In this document: piece after piece, positions 1 through 9,393 of the stretch
How positions within the stretch are numbered: position 1 is the first letter of the stretch
How the letters are laid out: the number at the start of each line of letters is the position of its first letter
NCBI GenBank assembly: GCA_965224465.1
Contig: OZ245049.1
Coordinates: forward strand, 3,840,001 to 3,872,000
Direction of reading: 5' to 3'
Source: Flavobacteriaceae bacterium
Lineage (GTDB): Bacteria > Bacteroidota > Bacteroidia > Flavobacteriales > Flavobacteriaceae
DNA length: 32,000 nucleotides
Notes under the pieces: model-generated
Seen by the model: the letters and a program-made list of their open reading frames with translations, nothing else
What the model was told of the DNA's origin: nothing
Database searches by the model: none
Position numbers and translations under genes: made by a program

Positions 1-1068
1 CGTACCAATACTTTTAGTGCGGTAATGCGTTTGCGATCTTCGCTTTCTTTTGCAGTACATAAATATTTTACAGAGAATGGATTTTATAATTTTCATGCAC
101 CTATTGTAACAGGATCTGATGCCGAAGGCGCAGGTGAAATGTTTAAGGTAACCACTTTTGAAGCGAATAAAGCGCCATTAACAGAAGCGGGTGATATAGA
201 TTATTCAAAAGATTTTTTTGGAAAGGAAACCAATTTAACAGTTTCCGGACAATTAGAGGCAGAGACCTATGCAATGGCATTGGGTAAAGTATATACTTTT
301 GGACCTACTTTTAGGGCTGAAAATTCGAATACTACACGTCATTTGGCAGAGTTTTGGATGATTGAACCAGAGGTTGCTTTTAACGATTTAGATGACAATA
401 TGGATTTGGGAGAAGACTTTATAAAATCGGTCATCGCTTACGTATTGAAACATTGTAAGGATGATTTAAAGTTCTTAGAAGACCGTTTGTTGCAAGAAGA
501 GAAATCTAAACCTCAAGCTCAGCGTAGCGAGTTGCCTTTGATTGAAAAATTAGAATTTATTACAGAAAATAATTTTAAAAGAGTTTCATACACAGAAGCG
601 TATGAGATTTTAAAGAATTGTAAGCCTAATAAAAAGAAGAAATTCCAATTTCCTATTACAGAATGGGGCGTTGATTTACAAAGTGAACATGAGCGTTTTC
701 TAGTTGAAAAACACTTTAAATGCCCTGTGATTTTGTTCGATTATCCAGCATCTATTAAAGCATTTTATATGCGTTTGAATGATGATGGAAAAACAGTGAG
801 AGCTATGGATATTTTATTCCCAGGCATTGGAGAAATCGTTGGTGGATCACAGCGTGAAGAACGCCTAGATGTATTGAAAGAGAAAATGGCAGCCTTAGGA
901 ATTGATGAGAAAGAGCTATGGTGGTATCTTGATACACGTAAGTTTGGAACCGCTGTTCACAGTGGGTTTGGACTTGGATTTGAGCGTTTGGTATTGTTTG
1001 TAACTGGAATGTCTAATATTAGAGACGTAATTCCTTTTCCTAGGTCACCACAAAACGCAGAATTTTAA
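1..1068 (+). CDS. asnS: Asparagine--tRNA ligase, C-terminal ~355 aa (5' end lies outside the window)
   Basis: Frame 1 is open from nt 1 ([13 protein letters not shown]...) to the TAA at 1066-1068. It carries class-II aaRS motif-2/3-like strings: [25 protein letters not shown] and [12 protein letters not shown]. Confidence 0.93.
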   Translation, partial: RTNTFSAVMRLRSSLSFAVHKYFTENGFYNFHAPIVTGSDAEGAGEMFKVTTFEANKAPLTEAGDIDYSKDFFGKETNLTVSGQLEAETYAMALGKVYTFGPTFRAENSNTTRHLAEFWMIEPEVAFNDLDDNMDLGEDFIKSVIAYVLKHCKDDLKFLEDRLLQEEKSKPQAQRSELPLIEKLEFITENNFKRVSYTEAYEILKNCKPNKKKKFQFPITEWGVDLQSEHERFLVEKHFKCPVILFDYPASIKAFYMRLNDDGKTVRAMDILFPGIGEIVGGSQREERLDVLKEKMAALGIDEKELWWYLDTRKFGTAVHSGFGLGFERLVLFVTGMSNIRDVIPFPRSPQNAEF

Positions 1069-1164
1069 GAATAATTATTCAGTAAAAACATTAAAAGGGA
1101 GAAACAATTGTGTTTTTCTCTTTTTTTTAATCCAATACCTATCTTACTTTTCTTATATTTGAAT

Positions 1165-2622
1165 ATGTTAAAGCAAAGTTTAAATTTCAAGTTATTACAA
1201 AAATTATCTCCTCAACAAATTCAGTTGATGAAGTTGATTCAGTTGCCTACGCAGGCTTTTGAGCAACGTATCAAGCAAGAATTGGAAGAAAATCCAGCCC
1301 TGGATAATGGGAAAGAAGAAGCCGATGAATTTGATGAGTTTCAGCAAGATGATTACGATGAAGGTGAGGGTTCTGAGATAATTGAAGCAGAAGATATTAA
1401 TATTGATGAGTATTTGAGTGATGATGAAATCCCTAATTATAAGACACAAGCAAATAATTATTCGGCAGACGATGAGGACAGACAAATTCCTTATGCTGCG
1501 GGAATATCTTTCAATCAGCATTTAAAAAATCAATTACGTACCGTGAGACTGACCGAAGAAGAGTCAGTTATCGCTGAATTTCTAGTAGGAAGCATTGATG
1601 AAAGTGGATATTTGAGAAGAGAGATTGTGGATGTTTTAGACGATTTAGCTTTTACACAGAATATTTTCACAGAAGAGGATCAGGTAGTTAAGATGTTGCG
1701 TGTGGTACAGCAATTAGACCCTGCAGGGGTTGGTGCTCAAAATTTGAGAGATTGCTTGTTAATTCAGTTAAAAAGAAAGAAAGTTACCAAAGATCGCGCG
1801 ATGGCAATTGCTATTATGGAGCAGTCTTTTGAGCATTTTGCTAAGAAGCATTATAAAAAACTTCTTCATAAATTTGATATCGACGAAACGCAATTAAGAG
1901 ATGCTATTTCAGAAATAGAGAAGTTAAATCCCAAGCCAGGAGGTGCCTATGTAGGTGCAAATAAAATAGCAGAGCAAATTGTTCCTGATTTTACGATACG
2001 AATAGTAGAGGATGAATTGGAATTGGTGTTGAACTCTAGGAATGCTCCAGAATTACACGTGTCAAGTGAGTATAATAACATGATGTTAGGCTATAAAAAT
2101 GCCAAAGAAACATCAAAATCTCAAAAAGATGCGGTGCAGTTTATCAAGCAAAAGTTAGATGCCGCAAAATGGTTTATAGAAGCCATTAAACAGCGTCAAC
2201 AAACGCTTTTGCTAAATATGAATGCTATTATGCAGCATCAACGTGCTTATTTTTTATCAGGTGATGAGCGAAAACTCAAGCCAATGATATTAAAAGATAT
2301 TGCGGAGGTGATTGGAATGGATGTTTCTACTGTTTCTCGTGTTGCCAATAGTAAGTATGTCGCAACTCCGTATGGAACAAAACTGATCAAAGAATTCTTT
2401 TCCGAGTCCATGAAAAACGATCAAGGTGAAGATGTATCTACCAGAGAAATTAAAAAGATTTTAGAAACTATTATTTCTGAAGAAAGTAAAAAGAAACCGT
2501 TAACAGATGATAAACTTGCGGCAGCACTCAAGGACCGAGGCTACCCAATTGCTCGAAGAACTATTGCCAAATACAGAGAGCAATTAGATATTCCAGTAGC
2601 TCGTTTACGTAAGAAAATATAA
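1165..2622 (+). CDS. rpoN: RNA polymerase sigma-54 factor
   Basis: The N-terminus MLKQSLNFKLLQKLSPQQIQLMKLIQLP matches Gln/Leu-rich region I. An acidic region II follows, and the C-terminus has an HTH and an RpoN-box-like ARRTIAKYREQL. The start is taken at the internal ATG 1165; the 19-aa extension from 1108 in the ORF track looks spurious. Confidence 0.92.
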   Translation: MLKQSLNFKLLQKLSPQQIQLMKLIQLPTQAFEQRIKQELEENPALDNGKEEADEFDEFQQDDYDEGEGSEIIEAEDINIDEYLSDDEIPNYKTQANNYSADDEDRQIPYAAGISFNQHLKNQLRTVRLTEEESVIAEFLVGSIDESGYLRREIVDVLDDLAFTQNIFTEEDQVVKMLRVVQQLDPAGVGAQNLRDCLLIQLKRKKVTKDRAMAIAIMEQSFEHFAKKHYKKLLHKFDIDETQLRDAISEIEKLNPKPGGAYVGANKIAEQIVPDFTIRIVEDELELVLNSRNAPELHVSSEYNNMMLGYKNAKETSKSQKDAVQFIKQKLDAAKWFIEAIKQRQQTLLLNMNAIMQHQRAYFLSGDERKLKPMILKDIAEVIGMDVSTVSRVANSKYVATPYGTKLIKEFFSESMKNDQGEDVSTREIKKILETIISEESKKKPLTDDKLAAALKDRGYPIARRTIAKYREQLDIPVARLRKKI

Positions 2623-2623
2623 G

Positions 2624-3232
2624 ATGGAGAGAAGATTTAAATTGTTTTCGCATGTGCTAAACCCAGTGGTGTTTCCTATTATAGGTACTATTTTATTCTT
2701 TATATTTTTACCTTCCTATGTTTCCAGAAAACAGGTGTATTTGATATTGATTATCGTTTTTGGAACTACGTATGTCTTACCAGTACTACTACTGAGCCTC
2801 TTTAAAAAATCAAATCTCATTAAAAACTTTTTATTGAAATCTGTAGAGGAACGTAAATTCCCAACGGTGGTTTTTTTAGGGATAACTGTAAGTGTTGGTA
2901 ATTTATTGATAAAAAGTGGGTCAGTACAAGGGCTTAGTGTTTTTTTCTTTGGATACGCAGTTGCATTGATTTGTGCTTATTTGTTTTTGCTTTTAAAACT
3001 CAAAATAAGTTTTCATGCCATTGCCATTGGAGGATTAACGTCCTTTATGATTTGTTTAAGTCATTTTTACAGACTCAACCTTCTAGTACTTATAGGGGGC
3101 TTAGTTTTAATAGGAGGGTTTATGCTGTCTGCGCGTTTGTATCTAAAAACACATAGTATGGTAGAAGTTATTCTTGGCTATTTCGCAGGGTTAGTAGGGC
3201 CTTTTGCAATGTATTTACTCTACAGTATGTAG
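2624..3232 (+). CDS. Polytopic membrane protein, possibly a degenerate PAP2-superfamily phosphatase-like protein
   Basis: It has about 6 hydrophobic helices. SFHAIAIGG resembles the PAP2 PSGH motif, and SARLYLKTHSMVEVILG resembles SRxxxxxHxxxD (with D replaced by E). The ATG lies 1 nt after the rpoN stop. Confidence 0.6.
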   Translation: MERRFKLFSHVLNPVVFPIIGTILFFIFLPSYVSRKQVYLILIIVFGTTYVLPVLLLSLFKKSNLIKNFLLKSVEERKFPTVVFLGITVSVGNLLIKSGSVQGLSVFFFGYAVALICAYLFLLLKLKISFHAIAIGGLTSFMICLSHFYRLNLLVLIGGLVLIGGFMLSARLYLKTHSMVEVILGYFAGLVGPFAMYLLYSM

Positions 3233-3894
3233 AATTTAAGCCCTATTTGGAATTCTTTCATGTCTAGTGCTTCTTCATTTATTTTTAAAGATTTAAACAT
3301 CGGTTTTAGCCCATAGTAGAGGTATAAATTAAACGTACTATAGCCTATAGCTGCGGTAAGACCGTAGTGTAACTTATTAAAAGCAGTGCTGTTTTTTGTT
3401 TTAATAACACCAGTATAATTGCTTAATTTACTGCTAGTATAAAATGCGTAGCCTATTTTAGCACCGAGATATATTCGGGTAAATTTATAATCAGTTGCTG
3501 TAGAAGTTCTCCATCTAAGTTCTAAGGGGAACTCAATCGCATTTGTTGCATACCTATTGCTCTTGTAGTTTTGAGCAATACTGGCAGAAATCACATCATT
3601 ATTCTCTGAAAATAGTATGTTTTGGATATAGGTATTGTAATTATACCCAATCCCTATTCCTATTCCCAAATTTCGTTGGCTGTTAAGAGGGATGTCTTTT
3701 ATAAAACCAAAAGAAAAACCTCCAGAGAATCCATTTTGTTTTACCCCTTTTGGTTTATTGGTAAGGATATTATAAGTGATACTGGTGTATATTTGGTCTT
3801 CTAGATAATGCGTATCAATGCTGTCTAGTGCGTTGTTTTGAGAAAACATACATAGCGAAAAGAAAAGTACGATTCCAGTAAACATTTTTTTCAT
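3220..3894 (-). CDS. Outer-membrane beta-barrel (porin-family / OMP_b-brl_2-like) protein
   Basis: It has an N-terminal signal peptide (MKKMFTGIVLFFSLCMFSQ), alternating aromatic/Gly-rich beta-strand patterns (GFSFGF, GIGIGIGY, YLYYGL) and a C-terminal aromatic-rich strand. Confidence 0.75.
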   Translation of the reverse strand: MKKMFTGIVLFFSLCMFSQNNALDSIDTHYLEDQIYTSITYNILTNKPKGVKQNGFSGGFSFGFIKDIPLNSQRNLGIGIGIGYNYNTYIQNILFSENNDVISASIAQNYKSNRYATNAIEFPLELRWRTSTATDYKFTRIYLGAKIGYAFYTSSKLSNYTGVIKTKNSTAFNKLHYGLTAAIGYSTFNLYLYYGLKPMFKSLKINEEALDMKEFQIGLKFYIL

Positions 3895-3942
3895 ATCATT
3901 AATTTTGAATGTATTGTGCGTAATGCTACATTTTTTAACTAT

Positions 3943-3974
3943 AAAAAAAGGCGATCACAATGTGATCGCCTTTT
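3943..3974 (-). terminator. Rho-independent terminator after the exbB-exbD operon
   Basis: The stem ggcgatcac/gtgatcgcc is 9 bp (3950-3958 and 3962-3970) with a 3-nt loop. A 7-nt A-run at 3943-3949 becomes a U-run on the minus strand. It lies just downstream of the exbD stop at 3997. Confidence 0.8.
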
Positions 3975-3996
3975 AAATTTCACAAACAATGTGAGA

Positions 3997-4464
3997 TTAA
4001 AAATTATTACTCACGTCACCTCTGGTAACGGAGAAACTAACTTTCAATGCATGAATTTCACGTAATTGTTCTTTAATATCTAATATAGTTCCTACGTTCG
4101 CATTCTTATCTGCTTTAATAGAGGTGGTCATAAAAGGAACTTCTTCCTCTTTACGCTCTGCTCTTTCTGATAAGATAAAAGTTTGAACTTCGTTATAATT
4201 GATGATTTTATCATTTACTTGGATTTTATCTCCAGTAATGTTCTTATTCTTAGACGACCCAACATAAATAGTACTAACTAAACTTTTATGTTCTAGCTTT
4301 TTTACTTCGGTAGCAGCTGGTAATGTGGGAGTATTGATTTTTAGTTCAGTCTCACGCATTGTAGTTGTAACCATAAAAAAGAATAATAACATAAAAACAA
4401 TATCTGGTAACGATGCTGTAGAAATGGCTGGAAGGCCTTTTTTCTTCTTTCTAAATTTACTCAT
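3997..4464 (-). CDS. exbD: Biopolymer transport protein ExbD/TolR family (second copy)
   Basis: The N-terminus has a basic stretch followed by a single TM helix (LPDIVFMLLFFFMVTT). Its size and its position after exbB and another exbD fit the family. Confidence 0.88.
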   Translation of the reverse strand: MSKFRKKKKGLPAISTASLPDIVFMLLFFFMVTTTMRETELKINTPTLPAATEVKKLEHKSLVSTIYVGSSKNKNITGDKIQVNDKIINYNEVQTFILSERAERKEEEVPFMTTSIKADKNANVGTILDIKEQLREIHALKVSFSVTRGDVSNNF

Positions 4465-4473
4465 AATATTGAT

Positions 4474-5106
4474 TTATTTAATAGGTTCTGGTTCAGCGAT
4501 AATCTGTGGATAATGCTTCTTAGCATCATCTATCTTTGCTTTAATAGCTTTCTTAGCAGCTTTTCCTTGAGCGTCTTTCATATCCTTTTGTAATTGAGTA
4601 TAGCTGGTGCGATACTTTTTTAAAGAATATTTATTACGAAGTTCTACGTATGCAGCTTCTATCTCGTTTTGAACAGAGATATACATTCCATATGAAGTTC
4701 CACGGTCACTCTGTAACTGAATAATAGCTTTGTTTGGATGCACTGATGATGATTCATCTTTTGCACCGTTACACCAATCACACTCTGCAGCAGGTTGTCC
4801 ATCCATTGGATTTCCAAGACCTCCTCCGTTGTCGATAAAAGCAACAACTAAATCTTTAAGTTGACTTACTTTAATAAAGTCAGTCCCTTCAATCAATAGT
4901 TGATTATTACGATTTACTACAATGTCAAATACGTTTTTTTGTTTAATAATAGGCGGAACGTAATCTGCGGGTTGTGGTTCAGGTAATTTACGTGAAATTC
5001 CTGAATCTACATTCATTGTAGTTGTTACAAGGAAAAATATTAAAAGCAAGAACGCAATGTCTGCCATTGAACCGGCATTAATTTCTGGTGTTTCTCTTCT
5101 TGCCAT
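4474..5106 (-). CDS. exbD: Biopolymer transport protein ExbD/TolR family (long form)
   Basis: EINAGSMADIAFLLLIFFLVTTTM is the canonical ExbD N-terminus. The protein has an extended Lys-rich C-terminal tail. Confidence 0.88.
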   Translation of the reverse strand: MARRETPEINAGSMADIAFLLLIFFLVTTTMNVDSGISRKLPEPQPADYVPPIIKQKNVFDIVVNRNNQLLIEGTDFIKVSQLKDLVVAFIDNGGGLGNPMDGQPAAECDWCNGAKDESSSVHPNKAIIQLQSDRGTSYGMYISVQNEIEAAYVELRNKYSLKKYRTSYTQLQKDMKDAQGKAAKKAIKAKIDDAKKHYPQIIAEPEPIK

Positions 5107-5112
5107 AATAAT

Positions 5113-5574
5113 TTATTTTACTAATGATTTAACAGTGTCAATTACAAAACCTACCAATCCAATTCCTCCTAAGATAATTGCGAACCAAATTCCAGTTCCT
5201 GATAGTTTTGAAGTGCTTCCAGCTGCACCACCTTTTAATACTGTACCAAATGTGTCTAATACTTCGTCTCCGTTAGCCATAGAATATGAAATAAAGAATA
5301 TAATTGCCATTGCAACAATTCCTATTAACGTTTTCTTTAAAGCTGCTGGATTCATTACTAAACTAACAATAGACATTACTACAGTTACAAGTGCAATTAA
5401 TCCTAGTGTCCATAATGAAAAGCTTATAAACGGGTCTACAATTGCTGCTTGCACAGCTGCGTCTGTTTCAATTGCTTCATCTCCTTCCATCAAAATTCGA
5501 ACGAAGAAGTAGAATCCAATCAGAGCAATAACACCTGCAACAGCTGTTATGATTCCTGAGGTTTTCTTATTCAT
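5113..5574 (-). CDS. Hypothetical ~4-TM membrane protein embedded in the exbB-exbD operon
   Basis: It contains four long hydrophobic segments and is tightly packed (6-8 nt gaps) between exbB and exbD on the same strand. The overlapping + strand ORF 5057-5512 looks like a shadow ORF. Confidence 0.7.
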   Translation of the reverse strand: MNKKTSGIITAVAGVIALIGFYFFVRILMEGDEAIETDAAVQAAIVDPFISFSLWTLGLIALVTVVMSIVSLVMNPAALKKTLIGIVAMAIIFFISYSMANGDEVLDTFGTVLKGGAAGSTSKLSGTGIWFAIILGGIGLVGFVIDTVKSLVK

Positions 5575-5581
5575 AATGTTC

Positions 5582-6328
5582 TTATTTTGTATGTTTTACT
5601 AAAAGGTCGATTAAAGAAATTGATGCATCTTCCATGTTATTTACAATGTTATCAATTTTTGATACGATGTAATTAAAAAAGATTTGAAGGATAATTGCTA
5701 CTACCAATCCAAATACGGTTGTTAAAAGTGCTACTTTAATACCACCAGCCACAACTGTTGGAGAGATATCTCCTGCTGCTTGAATCGAGTCAAATGCTCC
5801 AATCATACCAATTACTGTTCCCATGAAACCAAGCATTGGTGCCAATGCGATAAATAATCCTAACCAAGAAATATTTTTTTCTAATAAGCCCATTTGAACG
5901 CCTCCGTATCCAACAACTGCTTTTTCAGCTGCGTCTACACCTTCGTCCATTCTGTCTAATCCTTGATAAAAGATTGAGGCAACTGGTCCTTTTGTATTTC
6001 TACATACTTCTTTAGCTGCTTCAACACCTCCTGATGTTAATGCTTCATCTACGTTAGCTACTAATTTCTTAGTGTTTGTAGAAGCCATGTTTAAATAAAT
6101 AATTCTTTCTATTGCAACTGCCAACCCTAAAATTAAGGTAACCAATACAATTCCCATAAAAAACGGTCCACCTTCAATAAAACGTTGTTTCAACTCTTGG
6201 TGAAAGGTTTTTGTTTCAACTGAATCTGCAACCTGCTCAGTTTTAGCTGCTTCTTGAGCCACCGCCTGAGGTGCTGCTCCAAATAACATTAATCCTGTTA
6301 TTGCAAGGATAGTAAATACTCTTTTCAT
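5582..6328 (-). CDS. exbB: MotA/TolQ/ExbB proton-channel family protein
   Basis: It has a signal-like N-terminus and three TM helices. The conserved C-terminal half, LAPMLGFMGTVIGMIGAF...GGIKVALLTTVFGL, is typical of ExbB/TolQ. Confidence 0.92.
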   Translation of the reverse strand: MKRVFTILAITGLMLFGAAPQAVAQEAAKTEQVADSVETKTFHQELKQRFIEGGPFFMGIVLVTLILGLAVAIERIIYLNMASTNTKKLVANVDEALTSGGVEAAKEVCRNTKGPVASIFYQGLDRMDEGVDAAEKAVVGYGGVQMGLLEKNISWLGLFIALAPMLGFMGTVIGMIGAFDSIQAAGDISPTVVAGGIKVALLTTVFGLVVAIILQIFFNYIVSKIDNIVNNMEDASISLIDLLVKHTK

Positions 6329-6395
6329 CGTGTAATAGTTAATTTATTAAATTGTTTACTGGTTAAATATACTCTATTCTTATTAAATTCTTTCC

Positions 6396-6485
6396 TGGCG
6401 GAGAGGAAGGGATTCGAACCCCCGATACAGTTTCCCATATACACACTTTCCAGGCGTGCGCCTTAAACCACTCGGCCACCTCTCC
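6396..6485 (-). tRNA. tRNA-Ser (anticodon GGA), class II with long variable arm, CCA encoded
   Basis: The reverse complement reads GGAGAGGTGGCCGAGTGG...CACGC-CTGGAAA-GTGTG...GGGGGTTCGAATCCCTT-CCTCTCC-G-CCA. This gives a 7-bp acceptor stem, an anticodon loop CU-GGA-AA, a long extra arm and a TTCGAAT T-loop. Confidence 0.93.
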
Positions 6486-6677
6486 ATTTTGAGATCGTTT
6501 AAATCTCGCTTTGTGATTGGCAAGTAACAAAAAAATGTTGAATTGTGAAAGTTTTAATAGCCTTAAAAATCATTAAATTTAATATTTGTTAAGAAATATT
6601 ATGGACTTCTCAATTTGTCTAAACAGTGATGCCTTTGGCTTGGTTGTTGCTAATTGCTTGTCTTATAGATTGCTTAA

Positions 6678-7718
6678 TTAAGTCTGTGTTTCTGAAATCT
6701 CTCCACGGATCGGAATTTCGAACCATTTCTTTATTTCTGCTAAATTGTACTCCTCTCCGAGTAAATACATCAGTTTTGCCAGTGCAGATTCCGTAGTGAT
6801 GTCATGACCACTGATTATTCCGATGTTTTGTAAGTCGATACTGGTTTCGTAGACACCCATAATAACACTGCCTCCGGAACATTGAGTCACATTTACAATT
6901 GGAATCCCTTTCTGAATTGTTTTGCGTAAGGCTTCAATAAACCAAGGCTCAGTAGGTGCATTTCCCGATCCGTAAGTCTCTAGAATAATGCCTTTGTTTT
7001 CAGGGATATTTAAGATGGTTTCTACTACTTTTTGGGTGATCCCTGGGAACAGTTTTAAGAGCGCTATATTGTTGTTTAGTTTTTTGTGAATTCGTAATGG
7101 ATAGTCATTTAAAGGCTTGTAAATCAACGGTGTGTTAAATTTTAAATGTACGCCGCTTTCTGCCAATGGAGGGTAGTTTGGGGATGTAAATGCTTCAAAT
7201 TGTTCTGCATTTATCTTTGTGGTTCGGTTGGCTCTGTACAGCTTGTATTCGAAGTATAAACAGACTTCTGAAATAACAGGTTTTCCGTTCTTTACACATG
7301 AGGCAATCTCAATAGATGTAATTAAATTTTCCTTGGCATCGGTTCGCAAATCACCGATAGGTAATTGAGAGCCTGTAAAAATAACAGGTTTCGTCAAGTT
7401 TTCGAACATAAAACTTAAAGCAGATGCTGTGTAGGACATGGTATCAGATCCATGAAGGACTACAAAACCATCAAAATCATCATAGCTTTTTTCTATGATT
7501 TCTGCTATAAATTTCCAAGCTTCTGGATTCATATTGGAAGAATCCATGGGCTGATCAAACGAGTAACTGTCTATGGTACAGTTTAAATGATTGATCTCTG
7601 GTATGTGCTTTATTAACTTGTCGAAATCAAAGGTTTTTAAGGCGCCTGTCTTAAAGTCTTTTACCATTCCGATGGTTCCTCCTGTGTAAATCAATAATAT
7701 ATGTGGAAATCTTGTCAT
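6678..7718 (-). CDS. ansA: Type I (cytoplasmic) L-asparaginase
   Basis: ILLIYTGGTIGM is the asparaginase active-site Thr motif, and HGSDTM is the second signature. There is no signal peptide. Confidence 0.9.
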   Translation of the reverse strand: MTRFPHILLIYTGGTIGMVKDFKTGALKTFDFDKLIKHIPEINHLNCTIDSYSFDQPMDSSNMNPEAWKFIAEIIEKSYDDFDGFVVLHGSDTMSYTASALSFMFENLTKPVIFTGSQLPIGDLRTDAKENLITSIEIASCVKNGKPVISEVCLYFEYKLYRANRTTKINAEQFEAFTSPNYPPLAESGVHLKFNTPLIYKPLNDYPLRIHKKLNNNIALLKLFPGITQKVVETILNIPENKGIILETYGSGNAPTEPWFIEALRKTIQKGIPIVNVTQCSGGSVIMGVYETSIDLQNIGIISGHDITTESALAKLMYLLGEEYNLAEIKKWFEIPIRGEISETQT

Positions 7719-7810
7719 GTTGTATTCAAAGAGTTTTGGAATAATTTATGATGTAAAACTAGTAAACTATTCGGTTTTATATTTATATTTACTAAAAATA
7801 TTAGATTATT

Positions 7811-8509
7811 ATGATGGGATTTTATGTGCTCATAGGAGCGATTTCTTTAATTAGCTGGCTTGTAGGAAGGCAATTGAAGAACAAATTTAAAAAATATTCA
7901 AAAATTCAGCTCCGAAATGGCATGAGTGGGCGTGAAATTGCTGAAAAGATGCTTAGTGATAACGGCATTACAGATGTAGATGTGATTTCTGTAAACGGTA
8001 GGTTAACAGATCATTACAATCCAAGTAATAAAACAGTGAATTTGAGTGAGGCCGTTTATAATGAACGGAATGCTGCAGCTGCCGCAGTTGCATCTCATGA
8101 GGTTGGGCATGCTTTGCAACATGCACAAGCATACCAATGGTTAGGATTGCGTTCAAAATTAGTGCCTGTCGTATCTATTTCTTCTAAGTTTTCGCAATGG
8201 TTGGTAATTGGTGGTATTATTTTGGGTGCTGCTTCTGGGGAAACGGGAATTGGATTTGTGATTGCCTTGGTGGGATTAGGAATGATGGCTTTGGCAACTG
8301 TTTTTAGTTTTATTACACTTCCAGTGGAATATGATGCGAGCAATCGTGCCTTGGCTTGGTTAAAAACCAATAACATGCTTACCGAGGAAGAACAAGATGG
8401 CGCGCAAGATGCCTTAAAATGGGCTGCACGTACGTATTTAGTTGCGGCATTGGCTTCTTTAGCGATGTTGTTGTACTGGGGAATGCGTATTTTAGGAAGT
8501 AGAGACTAA
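7811..8509 (+). CDS. Putative neutral zinc metallopeptidase (Zn_peptidase_2-type membrane protein)
   Basis: It has an HEVGHALQH zinc-binding HExxH motif, an N-terminal TM helix and C-terminal hydrophobic helices. The start could be 7811 or 7814 (MM). Confidence 0.85.
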   Translation: MMGFYVLIGAISLISWLVGRQLKNKFKKYSKIQLRNGMSGREIAEKMLSDNGITDVDVISVNGRLTDHYNPSNKTVNLSEAVYNERNAAAAAVASHEVGHALQHAQAYQWLGLRSKLVPVVSISSKFSQWLVIGGIILGAASGETGIGFVIALVGLGMMALATVFSFITLPVEYDASNRALAWLKTNNMLTEEEQDGAQDALKWAARTYLVAALASLAMLLYWGMRILGSRD

Positions 8510-8521
8510 GTTTCTTATTGA

Positions 8522-8681
8522 TACCAATTACACTCCAAAATAACCGATTTAAATTGGTTGTTTTGCGTTCAAGCGTTGTTAAAAAACAGAAGGATAGCTA
8601 TGGATATCCTTAAGTTTATCGCCTAGCTATAATAAAATATATTTCTATTTCTAAACTGTCACTTGGAAATTTAGGTCGGTA
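8522..8681 (+). repeat. Full-length ~160-nt modular repeat, copy 1 (L+R modules; most diverged copy)
   Basis: It starts taccaattacactccaaaataacc and ends ggaaatttaggtcggta. By hand alignment it is collinear with 8819-8978 and 9613-9772. Confidence 0.85.
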
Positions 8682-8818
8682 TCTTACACAAAAGGTTTTA
8701 ATATTTTAGGTTGCAGTAAATGTGTCTATTATATGAAAGCCTTTTTTGTTAGAATAATTTATCGAAAACGCAAAAAAAAGGTGGTGCTTATACAATAGTT
8801 TACGCTTTTTTTAGGTGC

Positions 8819-8978
8819 TACCAATTGCACTCCAAAATGACCGATATAAATAGTCTATTTTACGTGCTAGCGTTGTTGAAAAATAGAACGATAGCTAAGG
8901 CTATCCTTCCATTTTCCACCTAGCTAGAACAAAAAAGTAATTCTATTTCTAAACCTTCACTTGGAAATTTAATTGGTA
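8819..8978 (+). repeat. Full-length 160-nt modular repeat, copy 2 (L 8819-8926, R 8927-8978)
   Basis: I count about 10 mismatches against copy 3 over 160 nt. The ends taccaatt.../...aattggta form terminal inverted repeats. Confidence 0.9.
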
Positions 8979-9030
8979 GAACAAAAAATAATTCTATTTC
9001 TAAACTTTCACTTGGAAATGTAGTTTTGTA
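8979..9030 (+). repeat. Extra tandem copy of the 52-nt right (R) module
   Basis: gaacaaaaaataattctatttctaaactttcacttggaaatgtagttttgta directly abuts, and closely matches, the R module at 8927-8978. Confidence 0.85.
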
Positions 9031-9393
9031 TAAGATAAATGTTCAACGTTTCCTAACCATTGGGTAGCGATATTGAAATGGCACTAAATTGATTTGAGAA
9101 CTTTTATGATGCGTTATATAAGTATTCTTATTAGTACGTTTTAGTGATTGCAAAGAGGGCTTTAGTTTGATCTTTATTTACTGTTTTTCTGATTTTTAGT
9201 ATGCATAATATAATAACTTCAAGATGTATTATACATTTTTATTAGGTGTTTCTAGACATGATTTGTGGTGAAAACTTTTGTTTCTTGTCTCCTTTTTTTT
9301 AGAACAGTGTAGTAAACTCCATGGAGGGTGTTAATGATTTGTCATTTTTATCTCTATAAGAGTCGTGTTTTTCAGGAACTAACAACCAACTTA

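Noticed and set aside
1108-1164. A 19-codon N-terminal extension of rpoN in the ORF track, and a TATATTTG box at 1154-1161 as a possible rpoN promoter.
   Set aside because: The extension (MCFSLFFNPIPILLFLYLN) is hydrophobic and unlike sigma-54, whereas the canonical region I begins at the ATG 1165. The -7-like box lies only 3 nt from that ATG, too close to give a sensible leader. Its match may be coincidental in AT-rich DNA, or rpoN may be read through from asnS.
5057-5512. Long antisense or shadow ORFs in the six-frame track. Examples are 1204-1521(-), 5057-5512(+), 8095-8376(-), 11077-11376(+), 13042-13347(+), 20556-20864(+), 23599-24123(+), 30339-30659(-), 30711-31115(-), 31393-31602(-) and 31717-31950(-).
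   Set aside because: Each lies entirely within, and opposite to, a gene with strong family motifs. Their translations are low-complexity or compositionally odd. None has its own intergenic space or start context.
8839-8925. A 28-codon ORF inside the L modules (MTDINSLFYVLALLKNRTIA[K/M]AILPFS[T/A]), present in copies 2 and 3 (also at 9633-9719).
   Set aside because: The start codon is ATA in copy 1 and in the unit at 9394-9502. The unit at 9503-9612 has a 1-nt indel that shifts the frame. Both differences between copies 2 and 3 within the ORF are non-synonymous. I see no sign of coding selection, so the ORF is most likely fortuitous.
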